A stretch of 64,000 nt of DNA from Gammaproteobacteria bacterium (GCA_027315405.1 DAHUYB010000071.1:19336-83335); one strand, 5' to 3'; positions 43,702-55,285 are shown, numbered from the stretch's first letter. A program made the numbers and translations. The notes: generated by a model from the letters alone, not told the origin.

Positions 43702-46527
43702 GTGAGCAACTACAAAGACACCCTGAATCTGCCGCGCACCGCCTTTCCCATGAAAGCGAATCTGCCGGTACGTGAACCGGAATTGCTGAAGCATTGGCAG
43801 GAGCAGGATGTATATCAACTGATCCGCGCAGCGCGCGCCGGCAAGCCGAAGTTCATCCTGCAGGACGGGCCACCCTATGCCAATGGCAATATCCACATCG
43901 GCCATGCCGTCAACAAGATCCTCAAGGACATGGTGGTCAAATCCCGCAGCCTGGACGGGCTGGATGCACCCTACGTGCCCGGCTGGGACTGCCACGGCCT
44001 GCCCATCGAGCAGCAGGTGGAGAAAAAAATCGGGCGGGTGGGGCAGAAGGTGGACGCCAAGGCGTTCCGGGCCGCCTGTCGCGCCTATGCGCAGGAACAA
44101 GTCAATCGCCAGCGGGAGGACTTCAAGCGTCTGGGTGTGTTCGGCGATTGGGATCATCCTTATCTCACCATGGATCCCGGCTATGAGGGCAATCAGTTGC
44201 GGGCCTTGGGGGAGGTGATCCGCCGCGGACACTTGTATAAAGGTCTCAAGCCAGTGCACTGGTGCCTGGACTGCGGCTCGGCGCTGGCGGAAGCGGAGGT
44301 TGAGTACGAAGACAAGGTTTCGCCGTCTATCTATGTGATGTTCCCGGTGGCGGATGAGAAGGCATTTCTGGCGAAGATGCAAACTGGTAGGTATCTTGGC
44401 GAAGGCCCTATTTCTGTACTTATATGGACTACGACACCTTGGACATTACCGGCTAACCAAGCCGTGGCGCTTCGCCCTGATTTCACCGAGTATTCTTTAT
44501 TGCAAATCAGAATTCATGATAAACCAATACGGATTTTGGTTGCCACATCTTTGCAAGATATGGGTGCAAGGCAATGCGGGTTTTCTATTGAAGGAGTTGC
44601 GGCGAGAGCTAGAGGCGTTGACCTTGAGGGCTTGAAGCTCAGACATCCATTCTATGATCGCAGCGTACCCATAGTGCTGGGCGAGCATGTGACCCTGGAT
44701 GAAGGCACCGGCGCAGTGCATACCGCCCCCGGGCACGGCCGTGAGGATTTCGCTTTGGGGCTTCAATACAACCTGCCTATCGATAATCCGGTGGACAGCC
44801 ATGGGGTATTCATCCCGGGCACTCAACTGTTCGCCGGTGAGCAGGTGTTCAAGGCCAATGCGCACATCATCGAAGTGCTGCGCGAACGCGGCACATTGCT
44901 GCAGCATGCGCCCTACACGCACAGCTACCCGCATTGCTGGCGGCATAAGACCCCGGTCATTTTTCGTGCCACGCCTCAATGGTTCATCGGCATGGACCAG
45001 AACGGCTTGCGCGCGCAGGCCTTGGCGGAAATCAAACAGGTGCGCTGGACCCCGGGCTGGGGCGAGCAGCGCATCGAGGGCATGGTGGCCAACCGTCCCG
45101 ACTGGTGCGTGTCGCGCCAGCGCACCTGGGGCGTGCCGATCGCCTTGTTCGTGCACAAACACAGCGGCGAATTGCATGCGCGCACCGCGGAACTGCTGGA
45201 ACAGGTCGCGCAACGGGTGGATAAGAATGGCATCGACGCCTGGTTCGACATGGATACCGCAGAACTGCTGGGCAAAGACGCGGCCCAGTATGAAAAGGTG
45301 ACCGACATCCTGGATGTGTGGTTCGATTCCGGCGTGGCGCATTACTGTGTGGGCGAAAAACGCCTGGGCATCGGCGCCAGCCACAAGGCGGATCTGTACC
45401 TGGAGGGCTCCGATCAGCATCGCGGCTGGTTCCAGTCATCACTGTTAACCTCGGTGGCGATACGCGGCAAGGCGCCGTTCCAGGGCGTGCTCACTCATGG
45501 GTTCACTGTGGACGAGCAGGGCCGCAAGATGTCGAAATCCCTGGGCAATGTGATCTCGCCCCAGGATGTCATCCAGCATCTGGGCGCCGACGTGCTGCGC
45601 CTGTGGGTGGCGGCCACGGATTACAGCGGCGAGTTGTCGGTATCCGGCACCATCCTCGAGCACATGGCGGAAGCCTATCGCAAGATGCGCAACACCCTGC
45701 GTTATCTGCTGGCGAACCTGTACGATTTCGATCCGGCCGTGAATGCGGTGCCCGCTGAAAAGATGCTGTGGCTGGACCAATGGCTGTTGGAACGCGCACG
45801 GTTCGTGCAGCAGGAAGTGCATTCCGCCTATGGGCGCTACGAGTTTCATTTCATTTACCAGAAAATATACAACTTCTGCGTGGTGGAACTATCCGGTTTC
45901 TATCTGGATGTGGTCAAGGACCGGGAATACACCACCCAGGGCGACAGCCTCGCGCGCCGCTCCTGTCAGACGGCCATGTTGCATGTGGCCGAAGCCATGC
46001 TGCGCTGGCTGACGCCGATCCTGAGTTTTACTGCCGAGGAAGCCTGGGGCTTCATGCCCGGCCGGCGCGCTGCCTCGGTATTCCTGGCCACTTGGCACGA
46101 ATTTCCACCGGCAACCGGTGTGGACAAGGTATTGTGGGAAACACTGCTCAAGGTGCGCGAGTCGGTGAAGAAGAAACTGGAGTTTCTGCGCATGATGGGC
46201 AGCATCGGTTCACCCCTGGATGCGGAGGTGGACTTGTATTGCGATATGGAATTGGCAAACAGATTGCAACCCATCAGCGGGGAGCTGCGTTTCCTGTTCA
46301 TCACCTCGTATGCGCGCGTCCACCCTGCCGGCGCGCGGCTGGCGGATGCCAAGCCCTCCGAGGAACTACCCGGATTATGGGTGGTGGCGCAGCCCTCCGC
46401 GCACGCCAAGTGCGCGCGTTGCTGGCATCACCGTGAGGATGTAGGCAGCGACCCGGAACATCCGGAACTCTGCGGCCGTTGTGTCGAGAACGTGACAGGG
46501 CAGGGTGAAACCAGGAGATTTGTATGA
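43702..46527 (+). CDS. ileS: Isoleucyl-tRNA synthetase
   Basis: GTG start. HIGH motif ([12 protein letters not shown]), KMSKS motif (KMSKSLGN) and a C-terminal zinc-binding CxxC..CxRC. Confidence 0.97.
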   Translation: MSNYKDTLNLPRTAFPMKANLPVREPELLKHWQEQDVYQLIRAARAGKPKFILQDGPPYANGNIHIGHAVNKILKDMVVKSRSLDGLDAPYVPGWDCHGLPIEQQVEKKIGRVGQKVDAKAFRAACRAYAQEQVNRQREDFKRLGVFGDWDHPYLTMDPGYEGNQLRALGEVIRRGHLYKGLKPVHWCLDCGSALAEAEVEYEDKVSPSIYVMFPVADEKAFLAKMQTGRYLGEGPISVLIWTTTPWTLPANQAVALRPDFTEYSLLQIRIHDKPIRILVATSLQDMGARQCGFSIEGVAARARGVDLEGLKLRHPFYDRSVPIVLGEHVTLDEGTGAVHTAPGHGREDFALGLQYNLPIDNPVDSHGVFIPGTQLFAGEQVFKANAHIIEVLRERGTLLQHAPYTHSYPHCWRHKTPVIFRATPQWFIGMDQNGLRAQALAEIKQVRWTPGWGEQRIEGMVANRPDWCVSRQRTWGVPIALFVHKHSGELHARTAELLEQVAQRVDKNGIDAWFDMDTAELLGKDAAQYEKVTDILDVWFDSGVAHYCVGEKRLGIGASHKADLYLEGSDQHRGWFQSSLLTSVAIRGKAPFQGVLTHGFTVDEQGRKMSKSLGNVISPQDVIQHLGADVLRLWVAATDYSGELSVSGTILEHMAEAYRKMRNTLRYLLANLYDFDPAVNAVPAEKMLWLDQWLLERARFVQQEVHSAYGRYEFHFIYQKIYNFCVVELSGFYLDVVKDREYTTQGDSLARRSCQTAMLHVAEAMLRWLTPILSFTAEEAWGFMPGRRAASVFLATWHEFPPATGVDKVLWETLLKVRESVKKKLEFLRMMGSIGSPLDAEVDLYCDMELANRLQPISGELRFLFITSYARVHPAGARLADAKPSEELPGLWVVAQPSAHAKCARCWHHREDVGSDPEHPELCGRCVENVTGQGETRRFV

Positions 46528-47051
46528 GTGAGGTCAACGGAAACACTGCGCGGAAGACCAAGCATGGAGCCTGGCCGTGGCTGTGGTTAAGTGCGGTGGT
46601 TATCGCGCTGGACCAAGTGAGCAAATACCTGGTTTCCAGTCATCTGACCATTTACGACTGCATACGCCTGTTGCCGGTATTCAATCTGACCCTTTATCAC
46701 AACACCGGTGCCGCCTGGAGTTTTCTCGCCCAGGCATCCGGATGGCAGCGTTGGTTTTTTATCCTGCTGGCGCTGGCCGTGAGCGTGGCCATCATCGTGT
46801 GGCTGCGCTATCTGCCGCGGATACAGCACCGCTGGCGGGCGCCGGCCCTGGCGCTGGTATTGGGGGGCGCCCTGGGCAATGTCATTGACCGGGTGTGGCA
46901 CGGGTATGTCATCGATTTCATCCAGCTGCATTATCACGGCTGGTATTACCCGGCATTCAACCTGGCGGATTCCGCGATTACCATCGGCGCGGTCATGCTG
47001 ATTCTCGAAGGGCTGCTCTCCCGCCCTGATCACCGTCCGCCGGGCACTTGA
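46524..47051 (+). CDS. lspA: Lipoprotein signal peptidase II
   Basis: ATGA overlap with the ileS stop. Sequence LDQVSKYLV...[16 protein letters not shown]...VIDFI...FNLADSAI. Confidence 0.94.
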   Translation: MSEVNGNTARKTKHGAWPWLWLSAVVIALDQVSKYLVSSHLTIYDCIRLLPVFNLTLYHNTGAAWSFLAQASGWQRWFFILLALAVSVAIIVWLRYLPRIQHRWRAPALALVLGGALGNVIDRVWHGYVIDFIQLHYHGWYYPAFNLADSAITIGAVMLILEGLLSRPDHRPPGT

Positions 47052-47317
47052 AGCGGGTGGAGTAAACTAGCCGCAGACATTCGCCGATTTAAGGTTCCCA
47101 ATTAAGGGATCTATAAATCTCTCGCCTTTAGGCGAATTCGGATTTTTTCTTCTCCTTCTCTATTTGAGGGAGAAGGCTGGGATGAGGGGTGACGCCGCTG
47201 CGCGGCGCTGTCCGATTTCACCCCCACCAAGAGCCTCTCCCGCGGAGGAGAGAGGCGATAAATATTCAATCGGTCATCTGGCCGATCACTCCGGCTTTAG
47301 CCGGTAGGGTATTCACT

Positions 47318-47398
47318 ATGCAGATACTTCCCGCCAACCCCCGCGACTTCTGCGCCGGCGTGGGTGAGGTCGGCGTTCAAGCGCGAGCAGCGCTCGCG
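47318..47398 (+). pseudogene. ispH: 5' stub of a second ispH allele (first ~27 codons only)
   Basis: MQILPANPRDFCAGVGEVGVQARAALA compared with the intact gene [27 protein letters not shown] 280 bp downstream. Similarity is lost after about codon 27. Confidence 0.6.
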
Positions 47399-47597
47399 CC
47401 CGACCGAACGCGTGACAGGGCGAGAAGCACCGCTCCGAGCGGGCGCACAGGGATGTGCGCCCTGGACCACAAGCGAAGCAGGATTGCGCAGCGCGGTGGC
47501 CGGGTCGGGATCAAGAGGAACTGAAGTTTGTCGCCAGGGATGGCGTCCTCCATCCTTGATGCGATTTGAACGCGCTAACAAAGAGTAAAATGCCCTG

Positions 47598-48548
47598 ATG
47601 GAAATTAAGCTCGCGAATCCCCGTGGTTTTTGCGCAGGAGTAGACCGTGCCATCGAAATCGTGGAGCGCGCCCTTGAGATCCACGGCGCGCCCATCTATG
47701 TACGCCATGAAGTGGTGCACAACCGGCATGTGGTGAATCGTCTGCGCGGCATGGGTGCCATGTTTGTGGATGAACTGCATGAGATTCCCGATGGCGCCAT
47801 CGTGATTTTCAGTGCCCATGGCGTATCCCGGGCGGTGCGTGCCGAAGCCGAGCAGCGCGGTTTGCGGGTATTCGACGCCACCTGCCCGTTGGTGACCAAG
47901 GTGCATCTGGAAGTCAGCCGCTATGCCCGCGCCGGTTTCGATGTGGTGCTCATCGGCCACCAGGGTCATCCGGAAGTGGAAGGCACCATGGGCCAATTCG
48001 ATACCAGTTTTGGCGGCGCCATCCATCTGGTGCAGACGCCTGGCGATGTTGACCTGCTCAAGGTGTCGGATCCGGCGCGCGTGACCTTCGTTACCCAGAC
48101 AACCCTGTCGGTGGACGATACCCTGCGCATTATCGAGGCGCTGCGCCGGCGGTTTCCGGCGATCCAGGCGCCGCGCAAGGATGACATCTGCTATGCCACC
48201 CAGAACCGCCAGGATGCGGTCAAGCAACTGGCGCGCGAGTGCGACGTATTGCTGGTGGTGGGTTCGCGCAACAGCTCCAATTCCAACCGTCTGCGGGAAA
48301 TCGCGGAAAGCGAAGGCAGCGCCGCCTATTTGATTGACGGCGCGGATGACATACGCCGCGAATGGGTGGATGGGAAACAGCGGGTGGGCGTAACAGCCGG
48401 TGCTTCGGCGCCGGAGATCATCGTTCAGCAGGTGGTGGCGCGGCTTGGGGAGTGGGGCGGCGCGACCGTCAACGAGGCCCACGGCATTCCGGAAAACATG
48501 GTGTTTGCTTTGCCCAGGGAGTTGCGCAACCCGCTGCCGCGTGCATGA
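47598..48548 (+). CDS. ispH: 4-hydroxy-3-methylbut-2-enyl diphosphate reductase
   Basis: [23 protein letters not shown]...VRHEVVHN...[12 protein letters not shown]...ICYATQNRQ. Confidence 0.96.
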   Translation: MEIKLANPRGFCAGVDRAIEIVERALEIHGAPIYVRHEVVHNRHVVNRLRGMGAMFVDELHEIPDGAIVIFSAHGVSRAVRAEAEQRGLRVFDATCPLVTKVHLEVSRYARAGFDVVLIGHQGHPEVEGTMGQFDTSFGGAIHLVQTPGDVDLLKVSDPARVTFVTQTTLSVDDTLRIIEALRRRFPAIQAPRKDDICYATQNRQDAVKQLARECDVLLVVGSRNSSNSNRLREIAESEGSAAYLIDGADDIRREWVDGKQRVGVTAGASAPEIIVQQVVARLGEWGGATVNEAHGIPENMVFALPRELRNPLPRA

Positions 48549-48551
48549 CAT

Positions 48552-49082
48552 TTAGCGGCAGCGCAGTGTGGTATCCGTATTAGGAGTGTCTGAAATCCGG
48601 ACCCGCCCCATGACATTCACGATCAGTGCGCGGTCATTGCGGCCGTCTTCGGAACAGTACAGGAAAGTGCCGTTGACGCTGCGCAGTCCCATTGGCCTGA
48701 AGGTAAAGGAGTTGCGATTGCTGATAATGGGCGCCTGCGGCCGGATCGGCTCATGTACTTGCAGTATGGGTTCGCCCGCATTCACCTGCACCGCGCTGTC
48801 GCGGTTGAGATTGTCGAATATCAGCCAGCCGCTGTTCCAGTCGCTGAGAGCATGGTTGCAGCGTACGCCGTCGGCGCTTTTGCACATCACCACGTAGCTG
48901 TTGCGGATGATGGCGGTGTGGCGCGCATAATTGAGTGACGCGTGCAACCCGTTGACCGCGGCTGCGGCGCGGTTGTGGCGGATCATGGCGGTAAAACCAG
49001 GCACCGCAATGGTCGCCAGTATCGAGGCCACCGCCAGCGTCATCAGCAGTTCGAGAACGGTAAAACCCGCGTCCGTGCGCAT
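48552..49082 (-). CDS. GspH/FimT-family type IV minor pilin (pseudopilin)
   Basis: AAGGAGG SD, prepilin N-methylation motif AGFTVLELLMTLAV and the GspH-like body AAAVNGLHASLNYARHTAI. Confidence 0.8.
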   Translation of the reverse strand: MRTDAGFTVLELLMTLAVASILATIAVPGFTAMIRHNRAAAAVNGLHASLNYARHTAIIRNSYVVMCKSADGVRCNHALSDWNSGWLIFDNLNRDSAVQVNAGEPILQVHEPIRPQAPIISNRNSFTFRPMGLRSVNGTFLYCSEDGRNDRALIVNVMGRVRISDTPNTDTTLRCR

Positions 49083-49368
49083 AGCAACCTCCTTAGCAAA
49101 TATCCTTTTTTACCGTGGCCCGGGTGACTTCCACCCGGCCGCTCGCCACGGGTAATAATTATTGTTTCGGCCCCAGCAGTCAAGAACGGGGTTGAGGGGC
49201 TCAAGGCCGGGGGCGGGCAGTGGGATGGCATGACAATGGGCTGGGTTTTAATCCCTTGAGTTTGAAGGAGCGCGGTACCCAATAGTGGCGGTAGTCCTTG
49301 GCCGACGTGGACAGTGGCTAATTTGTGCGCCTATACTGGACCCAGTCTAAGCTGATGTACGAATCCAA

Positions 49369-49803
49369 GTGACTGATTCAACTGCCATAGTGCTCACTGG
49401 TGAGACTCTCGCGGCGCATCTTGGGGCCCACGGGGTGACGCCCACCGCGCAGCGGCTGAAAATCGCCGAGGTGCTGTTCCGCAAACCGCAACATCTGTCG
49501 GCGGAACAGATTCTGGCCGCCGTCAACCGCCAGTCGCCGCGGGTCTCCAAGGCTACGGTTTACAACACCCTCAAGCTGTTCTCGGATAAAGGGCTGGTGC
49601 GGGAAGTGATCGTTGATCCGGCGCGGGTGTTTTACGACCCCACCACCGGCTCGCATCACCATTTTTATAATGCCGACACCGGCGAGCTGGCGGATATTGC
49701 ACCGGAGCAGGTGAGTTTTGCGCAGCTTCCGGAATTGCCGCCGGGCACGCAGCAGGACGGCATTGAAGTCATCGTGCGGTTGCGGAGCAGCAGTAAAACC
49801 TGA
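49369..49803 (+). CDS. Fur-family transcriptional regulator (no C-terminal Cys pairs)
   Basis: TPTAQRLKIAEVLFRKPQHLSAEQILAAV...VSKATVYNTLKLFSDKGLVREV..., followed by an HHHF metal-site-like stretch. GTG start. Confidence 0.8.
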   Translation: MTDSTAIVLTGETLAAHLGAHGVTPTAQRLKIAEVLFRKPQHLSAEQILAAVNRQSPRVSKATVYNTLKLFSDKGLVREVIVDPARVFYDPTTGSHHHFYNADTGELADIAPEQVSFAQLPELPPGTQQDGIEVIVRLRSSSKT

Positions 49804-49860
49804 GATTTACCGTCACGCGTCCATTCCGATATACTGCGCGCCTTCAAAATCTGGTCATAA

Positions 49861-49936
<76 letters not shown>

Positions 49937-50177
49937 ATATCCATTCACACTGCAGCTTAACCCGTCTCCATCCCGCTTAAATAGCGCTAGCATCCCTTTT
50001 CCCCCCTCTGTAAGATACCAGCGGCCCCCAGGTCGCTGGCCCCACGCCGCGGCTATCCGCCATATCCATACTTCTCGGACGGCAACGCGGGGCCAAAGGG
50101 ACGCCTACGATTTTGAACTGGCTACCGCTCGGCACAACTTTTGCCGAGAACGCTGAAATCTGGCGGGAGCGATAACA

Positions 50178-53100
50178 ATGAAGCATGCGTCTTTTACCGG
50201 TTTTCTAGTCGCGATTGTGCTGTTGTCAATGCAGGCCACAGCCGCAAGCACAGTCTCCACTCAACAGCTCAAGGCGCTGCGTTTCCGCTTTGTCGGTCCG
50301 CAAATCGGTAACCGCGTCAGCGCCGTGGCCGGCGTGCCCGGCGACCCGAACGTTTATTACATTGGCGCGGCCTCAGGCGGCGTCTGGAAATCCACCGACG
50401 GCGGCTTCAGCTTCAAGCCCGTCTTCGATAAAGAGCCGGTGCAGTCCATCGGCGCGCTGGCGATTGATCCGCAGCGGCCGGCGACCGTCTGGGTCGGCAC
50501 CGGCGAGCCATGGGTGATCCGCAACGGCATCACACCCGGCGACGGTGTCTACCGCTCCGACGACGGCGGTCGCTCGTGGCGGCACGTGGGACTGAAAGAT
50601 GCCGGGCTTATTGCACGCATCATCGTCAACCCCCACGATTCGGACAACGTGTTCGTGTGCACCATGGGAACCGGCACCCACGCGGAAATCTCGCGCGGGG
50701 TCTGGCGCACGGACAACGGCGGCAAAACCTGGGCGCACGTGCTGTTCGTCAATGGCAACACCGGCTGTTCCGGTCTGGCCATGGATCCGCAAGACCCCCA
50801 CATCCTGTTCGCGGGCCTGTGGCAATGGCAGCTGCGCCCCTGGCAGATGATCAGCGGCGGGCCTTCCAGCGGCGTCTATGTCACGCATGACGGTGGCAAG
50901 AGCTGGCATGAAATCAAGGGCCACGGCCTGCCGAAGGGCCCGCTGGGTAAGATCGACGTGGCGGTGGCGCCCTCGGATCCGGAGCGCGTGTATGCGCTGA
51001 TTGAAACGGCGCAACAAGGCTCGCTGTGGCGTTCGGATGATGGCGGTAAGCACTGGCACGTCGAGAACTACAGCCGATTGCTCACTGAGCGGGCCGGCTA
51101 CAGCGTGCGGTTGGCTGTCTCGCCGGTGGACGAGGACAAGATCTTCGTCGCCAGTAACGGCTTCTATGTTTCCGGCGACGGCGGCCAAACCTTCCGCAAG
51201 GTGCATTGGGGCGGCGACAATCACGACATCTGGATCGATTCGGCCAATCCCAGGCGCATGATGATCAGCGACGACGGCGGCGTGGAAATCAGCACCACCG
51301 GCGGGCGCAACTGGCACCATGTGTCGTTGCCGATCGGGCAGATGTATCACGTGTCGGTGGACAACCGCGTGCCGTACTGGGTGTACGCCAACATGCAGGA
51401 CGACGACTCCGGCCGCGGCCCGGCTTACCCGGCGTCCACGCCGCTCATCAACCCGCATGAATGGCAGGAGCCGCTGGGCGGCTGCGAGTCCGGGTTCATT
51501 TACCCAGACCCGAGCGATGCGCACATCATCTGGAGCAGCTGTTACGGCGACGAGATCACCCGTCTCGACACCCGCGTCGGCTACCCGCGTGCGGTAAGCC
51601 CCTGGCCAGATCATTCGCTCGACGCGCCGCCGCAGGCGATCAAGTACCGCTGCCACTGGACGCCGCCGCTGGCCATCGATCCATTCGACCACAACACCGT
51701 TTATTACGGCTGCCAGGTGATCTTCAAAACCCGCAACGGCGGTCAGACCTGGAACGTGATCAGCCCGGATCTGTCAACCCGCAATCCGAAATACCTGGTG
51801 TCGTCGGGCGGCATTCCCATTAAGGGTAGGATGCGCCGGCAGGACAATCTCGGCCAGTTCTATGGCGAGGTGGTGTTCGCGATCGCGCCGTCGCCGGTGC
51901 AAAAGGGACTGATCTGGGCGGGCACCAACGACGGTCAGGTATGGCTTACGCGCGACGGCGGCGGTCACTGGACCAATGTGACGCGCCATATTCCCGGTCT
52001 GCCGCCGTGGGGTGCTGTGACGCGCATCGAGCCGTCGCATTTCACCGCCGGCACGGCTTATATCAGCATTGATCGCGCGCTCATGGGCGACCCGCGGCCG
52101 TACATTTACAAGACCACGGATTTCGGCCGAAGCTGGCGGCGCATCGTCCACGGCATACCCGCAAGCCCGACCAGCAGCGTCAGCTCGGTCGCCCAGGATC
52201 CCTACAGCCGCAACCTGCTGTTCGCCGGTACCGGCAACGCGCTCTACGTATCAATCGATGCCGGTGATCATTGGATACCGCTCGCGGCGGGTCTGCCGCA
52301 CGCGCCGGTGTCCTGGGAAACAGTGCAGCAACAATTTCATGATCTGGTGGTCGCCACATATGGGCGCGGCATCTACGTTCTCGAAGACATCACGCCGTTG
52401 GAACAGCTGGCGGCTTCCAAGGGCCCGGCGCCTTTGCTGGCGCTGTTCTCTAGGCTCAAGCACGTCTTCCATCCCACGTCGCCTATGCAGGTCCACGTTT
52501 TCGAATCCCGGCCGGCATTCCGCTTTTTCCGCGGCGCGCACGCCTTCATTGACTTTGCACTCAGCGCGGTGCCGAAAGGCAAGCACCCCATCAAACTCGC
52601 GATCCTGGACTCGCAGGGTCATTTGGTTCGCAAGCTCAAGCTGTATGCGCACAAGCACAAGCAGCCGGGTCTCAACCCGATATACAAACACGGCCACTGG
52701 GCCCACAACCCTGATGGGCAGGCGTTCGCCGGCATCAATCGTGCATACTGGAATCTGCGCTATGACCCGCCGAAGCTGATCAAGTTGCGCTCCACGCCGT
52801 CCAGCAATCCGCACGTCTGGAACGACCTGCGTTTTCTCGGCAAGACCACGCGGCCGATCACGCACTGGGGCATCCGGGAAGCCGAGGTTGGACCGCTGGT
52901 GGCGCCCGGCACCTACACGGTGCGCGTGACCGTTGACGGCAAATTCTACAGCCAGCCACTGCAGGTACTGGCCTCGCCGCGTTCGCCAGCAACCGCCGCG
53001 CAAACCACAGCCCGCGTCAAGCTGCTGCTGCATATCCGTGACGATATTTCGAGTGTGTCGGACATGGTCAACCAGCTCGAATGGCTGCGCAAGCAACTCC

Positions 53101-53525
53101 AGACGGCCGAGGCTATGCTCAAGGCTGAAAAGCAATCCGGCCGCAAGCCGCTGTTGAAACAACTCAAGCAGATGAACGCAAGCATCAACGGCCTAGAAAA
53201 TAAATTGCTCTCGCCGAAACTTGCCAACAGCGACGAAAAAAGTTATCTGGGCCGTTACGGCCTGTATCTGCACCTGATCTGGCTCAACGGCGAAATCGGC
53301 ACCGGCGCCGGCGACGTTTACGGCGACCCCGGCTACCCACCGACCGATGCCGCGCTCCGGGTGCTGCACATGCTGGATGACGAATTGAATGCCGCCAAGA
53401 CGCAATACCGCGGTCTGATGCAAAAAGACCTGCCGCAATTCAACCGCACGCTTGCCGGCAGCAACATTCTGCCGCTGATGGCGAGGCAGCCGGTTGCGCA
53501 GACACGCGCAACGCTGGGCGACTAA
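50178..53525 (+). CDS. Large secreted BNR/Asp-box (VPS10/sortilin-like double-propeller) protein
   Basis: Signal peptide and many Asp-box-like repeats: STDGGFSFK, SDDGGRSWRH, TDNGGKTWAH, THDGGKSWHE, SDDGGKHWH, SGDGGQTFRK, TRNGGQTWN and TRDGGGHWTN. Confidence 0.8.
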   Translation: MKHASFTGFLVAIVLLSMQATAASTVSTQQLKALRFRFVGPQIGNRVSAVAGVPGDPNVYYIGAASGGVWKSTDGGFSFKPVFDKEPVQSIGALAIDPQRPATVWVGTGEPWVIRNGITPGDGVYRSDDGGRSWRHVGLKDAGLIARIIVNPHDSDNVFVCTMGTGTHAEISRGVWRTDNGGKTWAHVLFVNGNTGCSGLAMDPQDPHILFAGLWQWQLRPWQMISGGPSSGVYVTHDGGKSWHEIKGHGLPKGPLGKIDVAVAPSDPERVYALIETAQQGSLWRSDDGGKHWHVENYSRLLTERAGYSVRLAVSPVDEDKIFVASNGFYVSGDGGQTFRKVHWGGDNHDIWIDSANPRRMMISDDGGVEISTTGGRNWHHVSLPIGQMYHVSVDNRVPYWVYANMQDDDSGRGPAYPASTPLINPHEWQEPLGGCESGFIYPDPSDAHIIWSSCYGDEITRLDTRVGYPRAVSPWPDHSLDAPPQAIKYRCHWTPPLAIDPFDHNTVYYGCQVIFKTRNGGQTWNVISPDLSTRNPKYLVSSGGIPIKGRMRRQDNLGQFYGEVVFAIAPSPVQKGLIWAGTNDGQVWLTRDGGGHWTNVTRHIPGLPPWGAVTRIEPSHFTAGTAYISIDRALMGDPRPYIYKTTDFGRSWRRIVHGIPASPTSSVSSVAQDPYSRNLLFAGTGNALYVSIDAGDHWIPLAAGLPHAPVSWETVQQQFHDLVVATYGRGIYVLEDITPLEQLAASKGPAPLLALFSRLKHVFHPTSPMQVHVFESRPAFRFFRGAHAFIDFALSAVPKGKHPIKLAILDSQGHLVRKLKLYAHKHKQPGLNPIYKHGHWAHNPDGQAFAGINRAYWNLRYDPPKLIKLRSTPSSNPHVWNDLRFLGKTTRPITHWGIREAEVGPLVAPGTYTVRVTVDGKFYSQPLQVLASPRSPATAAQTTARVKLLLHIRDDISSVSDMVNQLEWLRKQLQTAEAMLKAEKQSGRKPLLKQLKQMNASINGLENKLLSPKLANSDEKSYLGRYGLYLHLIWLNGEIGTGAGDVYGDPGYPPTDAALRVLHMLDDELNAAKTQYRGLMQKDLPQFNRTLAGSNILPLMARQPVAQTRATLGD

Positions 53526-53668
53526 TGGGAAAAGGGAACGCTACCTTTTCTCTTGCCCCACAGCGATACTCGCCGCTATAACAGGCCGCGATCATTAGTT
53601 CACCGAACCAGGGCGCCAAGAGCCACGTCGAGGTGGCCCTTGGCGTGGGCCATGAAGCCGTATTACCC

Positions 53669-55285
53669 CTAGTCCTGGTAGTCCTCGTTCCCGGGCGTGG
53701 GCACCGGGCGCAGTTTCCTGATCGCCGTCATGTTCTCGAACTTCAGGGTGTAGAAGCCGCCGTGGCTGGAAGTGACCCAGAGATAGAGCTGGCCGTGCTG
53801 CCACACGAAACGGCTGTGGGCCTTCGACCAGGCAAAGTTGATCGGAGGGCTGACCTGCTGGAACGCGTTCAACAGTGAACCCGGATCAATCTCGTCTGGA
53901 TCCTTGGGTGCCGGCCCTACGAAATATGCGATCTCCTTCGGATGGTACGGGTCGGCGATGTCGAACACGCGCACGCCCGCCTGATGGCTGGAACAGGCCA
54001 GCAGTTTCGCGTCCATCGGGTTGTCGAAAGTGCAGTCGTGCACGCTGTAGCCGTAGCCGCCCATGGTGGCGGTGATGTCGTTTTCCGTGAGCTTGCAGTT
54101 TTGGGGATCGGCCACACCCAGCATCAGCAGGGACGCGAGCTTGGGTTTTTTCAGATCGCTGATGTCAATGAGCCGCTCCATGCCGTTGGGCGGCAGGCCC
54201 ACGGCGCAAGCGTCCACCGCGCCCTTGGGATCACTGCAGCCGCCGGAGCCGCATTCGTCGCCCACGCCCAGATAGGGCTTACCGTGGATGAACGCCAAAT
54301 CGGGCTCGATTCCGATATCACCGTTCACCCAATAAAGTGAGCTGATCACCTTGATGACTGGGTGCGGGCGGCGCTCCTGCACCTGGCTGACATCGTAGAT
54401 CACCAGCCCGTTGCCAGACTCGAAATCACCCGGATGCAGCATGCGGCCCACCACGCCGCAGAACAACAGCGTGCCGGGCGGATGGCCGTCCACGGCGAAC
54501 TGATTGAGTGAAATGCGGTGGCAGATTTGCTTGGCGCCGGCGCCGCCCGCCTGGTTATTGGGGAAATCCCAATCAATGAGTTCCCTCGGATGGCGCGGAT
54601 CGCTCACGTCAATGGCATACAGGCGGAACTTGTTGAACGACGCGATCCAGTAGGTCTTGCCGTCAGGCGCAAAATTTCCGGCGTGCGCCACCAGATTTGG
54701 ATCCGGGATCTGCTCGCTGGAAAGCAGCTTCGGGTGCGCACAATCGGACAAGTTGTAAAAGGACACGGCGGGTTGCGGCCCGCCGCCCATCCAGCTCTCG
54801 GCGCTGCCGAGGAGCGCACGCTGGGGATTCACCGAGCCGTCCTCCCAATCGTAGAGCGTGGCGGGATCATCCAGATGAGTGACGTAGCGGGGATCGCGCA
54901 TGTTGGACACATCCAGCACCTGGATGCCGGGGTGGAGCAACGGCGGCACCCCCTTCTGCCCAGCCTCATAGCCCTCGGTCGTGACGTAGGCACAATGGCC
55001 GTACCACATCAGCTGGTGACCGGCGCCCTGGCCGGCGTATTCGCCGACGATTGCAAGATTGCAGTTGTACGGCCGGGTCGTAGCACCACTGGCACGTTTG
55101 GTCAATGTGAGCTGACCGTCTACCCCCGTCTCGGCCCGATCTCCCGGTTGGCAGACCGGCGTAGGTACGGGGCCGAGGAATGGGGTCTGCGCCCTCACTT
55201 TCACAGGGGTGGCCGCCGCTAGCACCAGGGAACCAACAACGAGCGACAGTCCGAAACTTCGGCCCATTTGACAGACGTTACGCAT
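53669..55285 (-). CDS. Secreted LVIVD-repeat beta-propeller protein
   Basis: Signal peptide, plus repeated xxDVSxxxxP motifs (VLDVSNMRDPRYV, AIDVSDPRHPREL, LIDISDLKKPKLA, VFDIADPYHPKEI). Confidence 0.7.
   Translation of the reverse strand: MRNVCQMGRSFGLSLVVGSLVLAAATPVKVRAQTPFLGPVPTPVCQPGDRAETGVDGQLTLTKRASGATTRPYNCNLAIVGEYAGQGAGHQLMWYGHCAYVTTEGYEAGQKGVPPLLHPGIQVLDVSNMRDPRYVTHLDDPATLYDWEDGSVNPQRALLGSAESWMGGGPQPAVSFYNLSDCAHPKLLSSEQIPDPNLVAHAGNFAPDGKTYWIASFNKFRLYAIDVSDPRHPRELIDWDFPNNQAGGAGAKQICHRISLNQFAVDGHPPGTLLFCGVVGRMLHPGDFESGNGLVIYDVSQVQERRPHPVIKVISSLYWVNGDIGIEPDLAFIHGKPYLGVGDECGSGGCSDPKGAVDACAVGLPPNGMERLIDISDLKKPKLASLLMLGVADPQNCKLTENDITATMGGYGYSVHDCTFDNPMDAKLLACSSHQAGVRVFDIADPYHPKEIAYFVGPAPKDPDEIDPGSLLNAFQQVSPPINFAWSKAHSRFVWQHGQLYLWVTSSHGGFYTLKFENMTAIRKLRPVPTPGNEDYQD

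Noticed and set aside
49153-49163. AT-rich palindrome TAATAATTATT between the fimT-like and fur-like genes, considered as a Fur box.
   Set aside because: It is only an 11-nt match to the AT-rich core of the 19-bp Fur consensus. It lies about 200 bp from the fur-like start. This is too weak to call.
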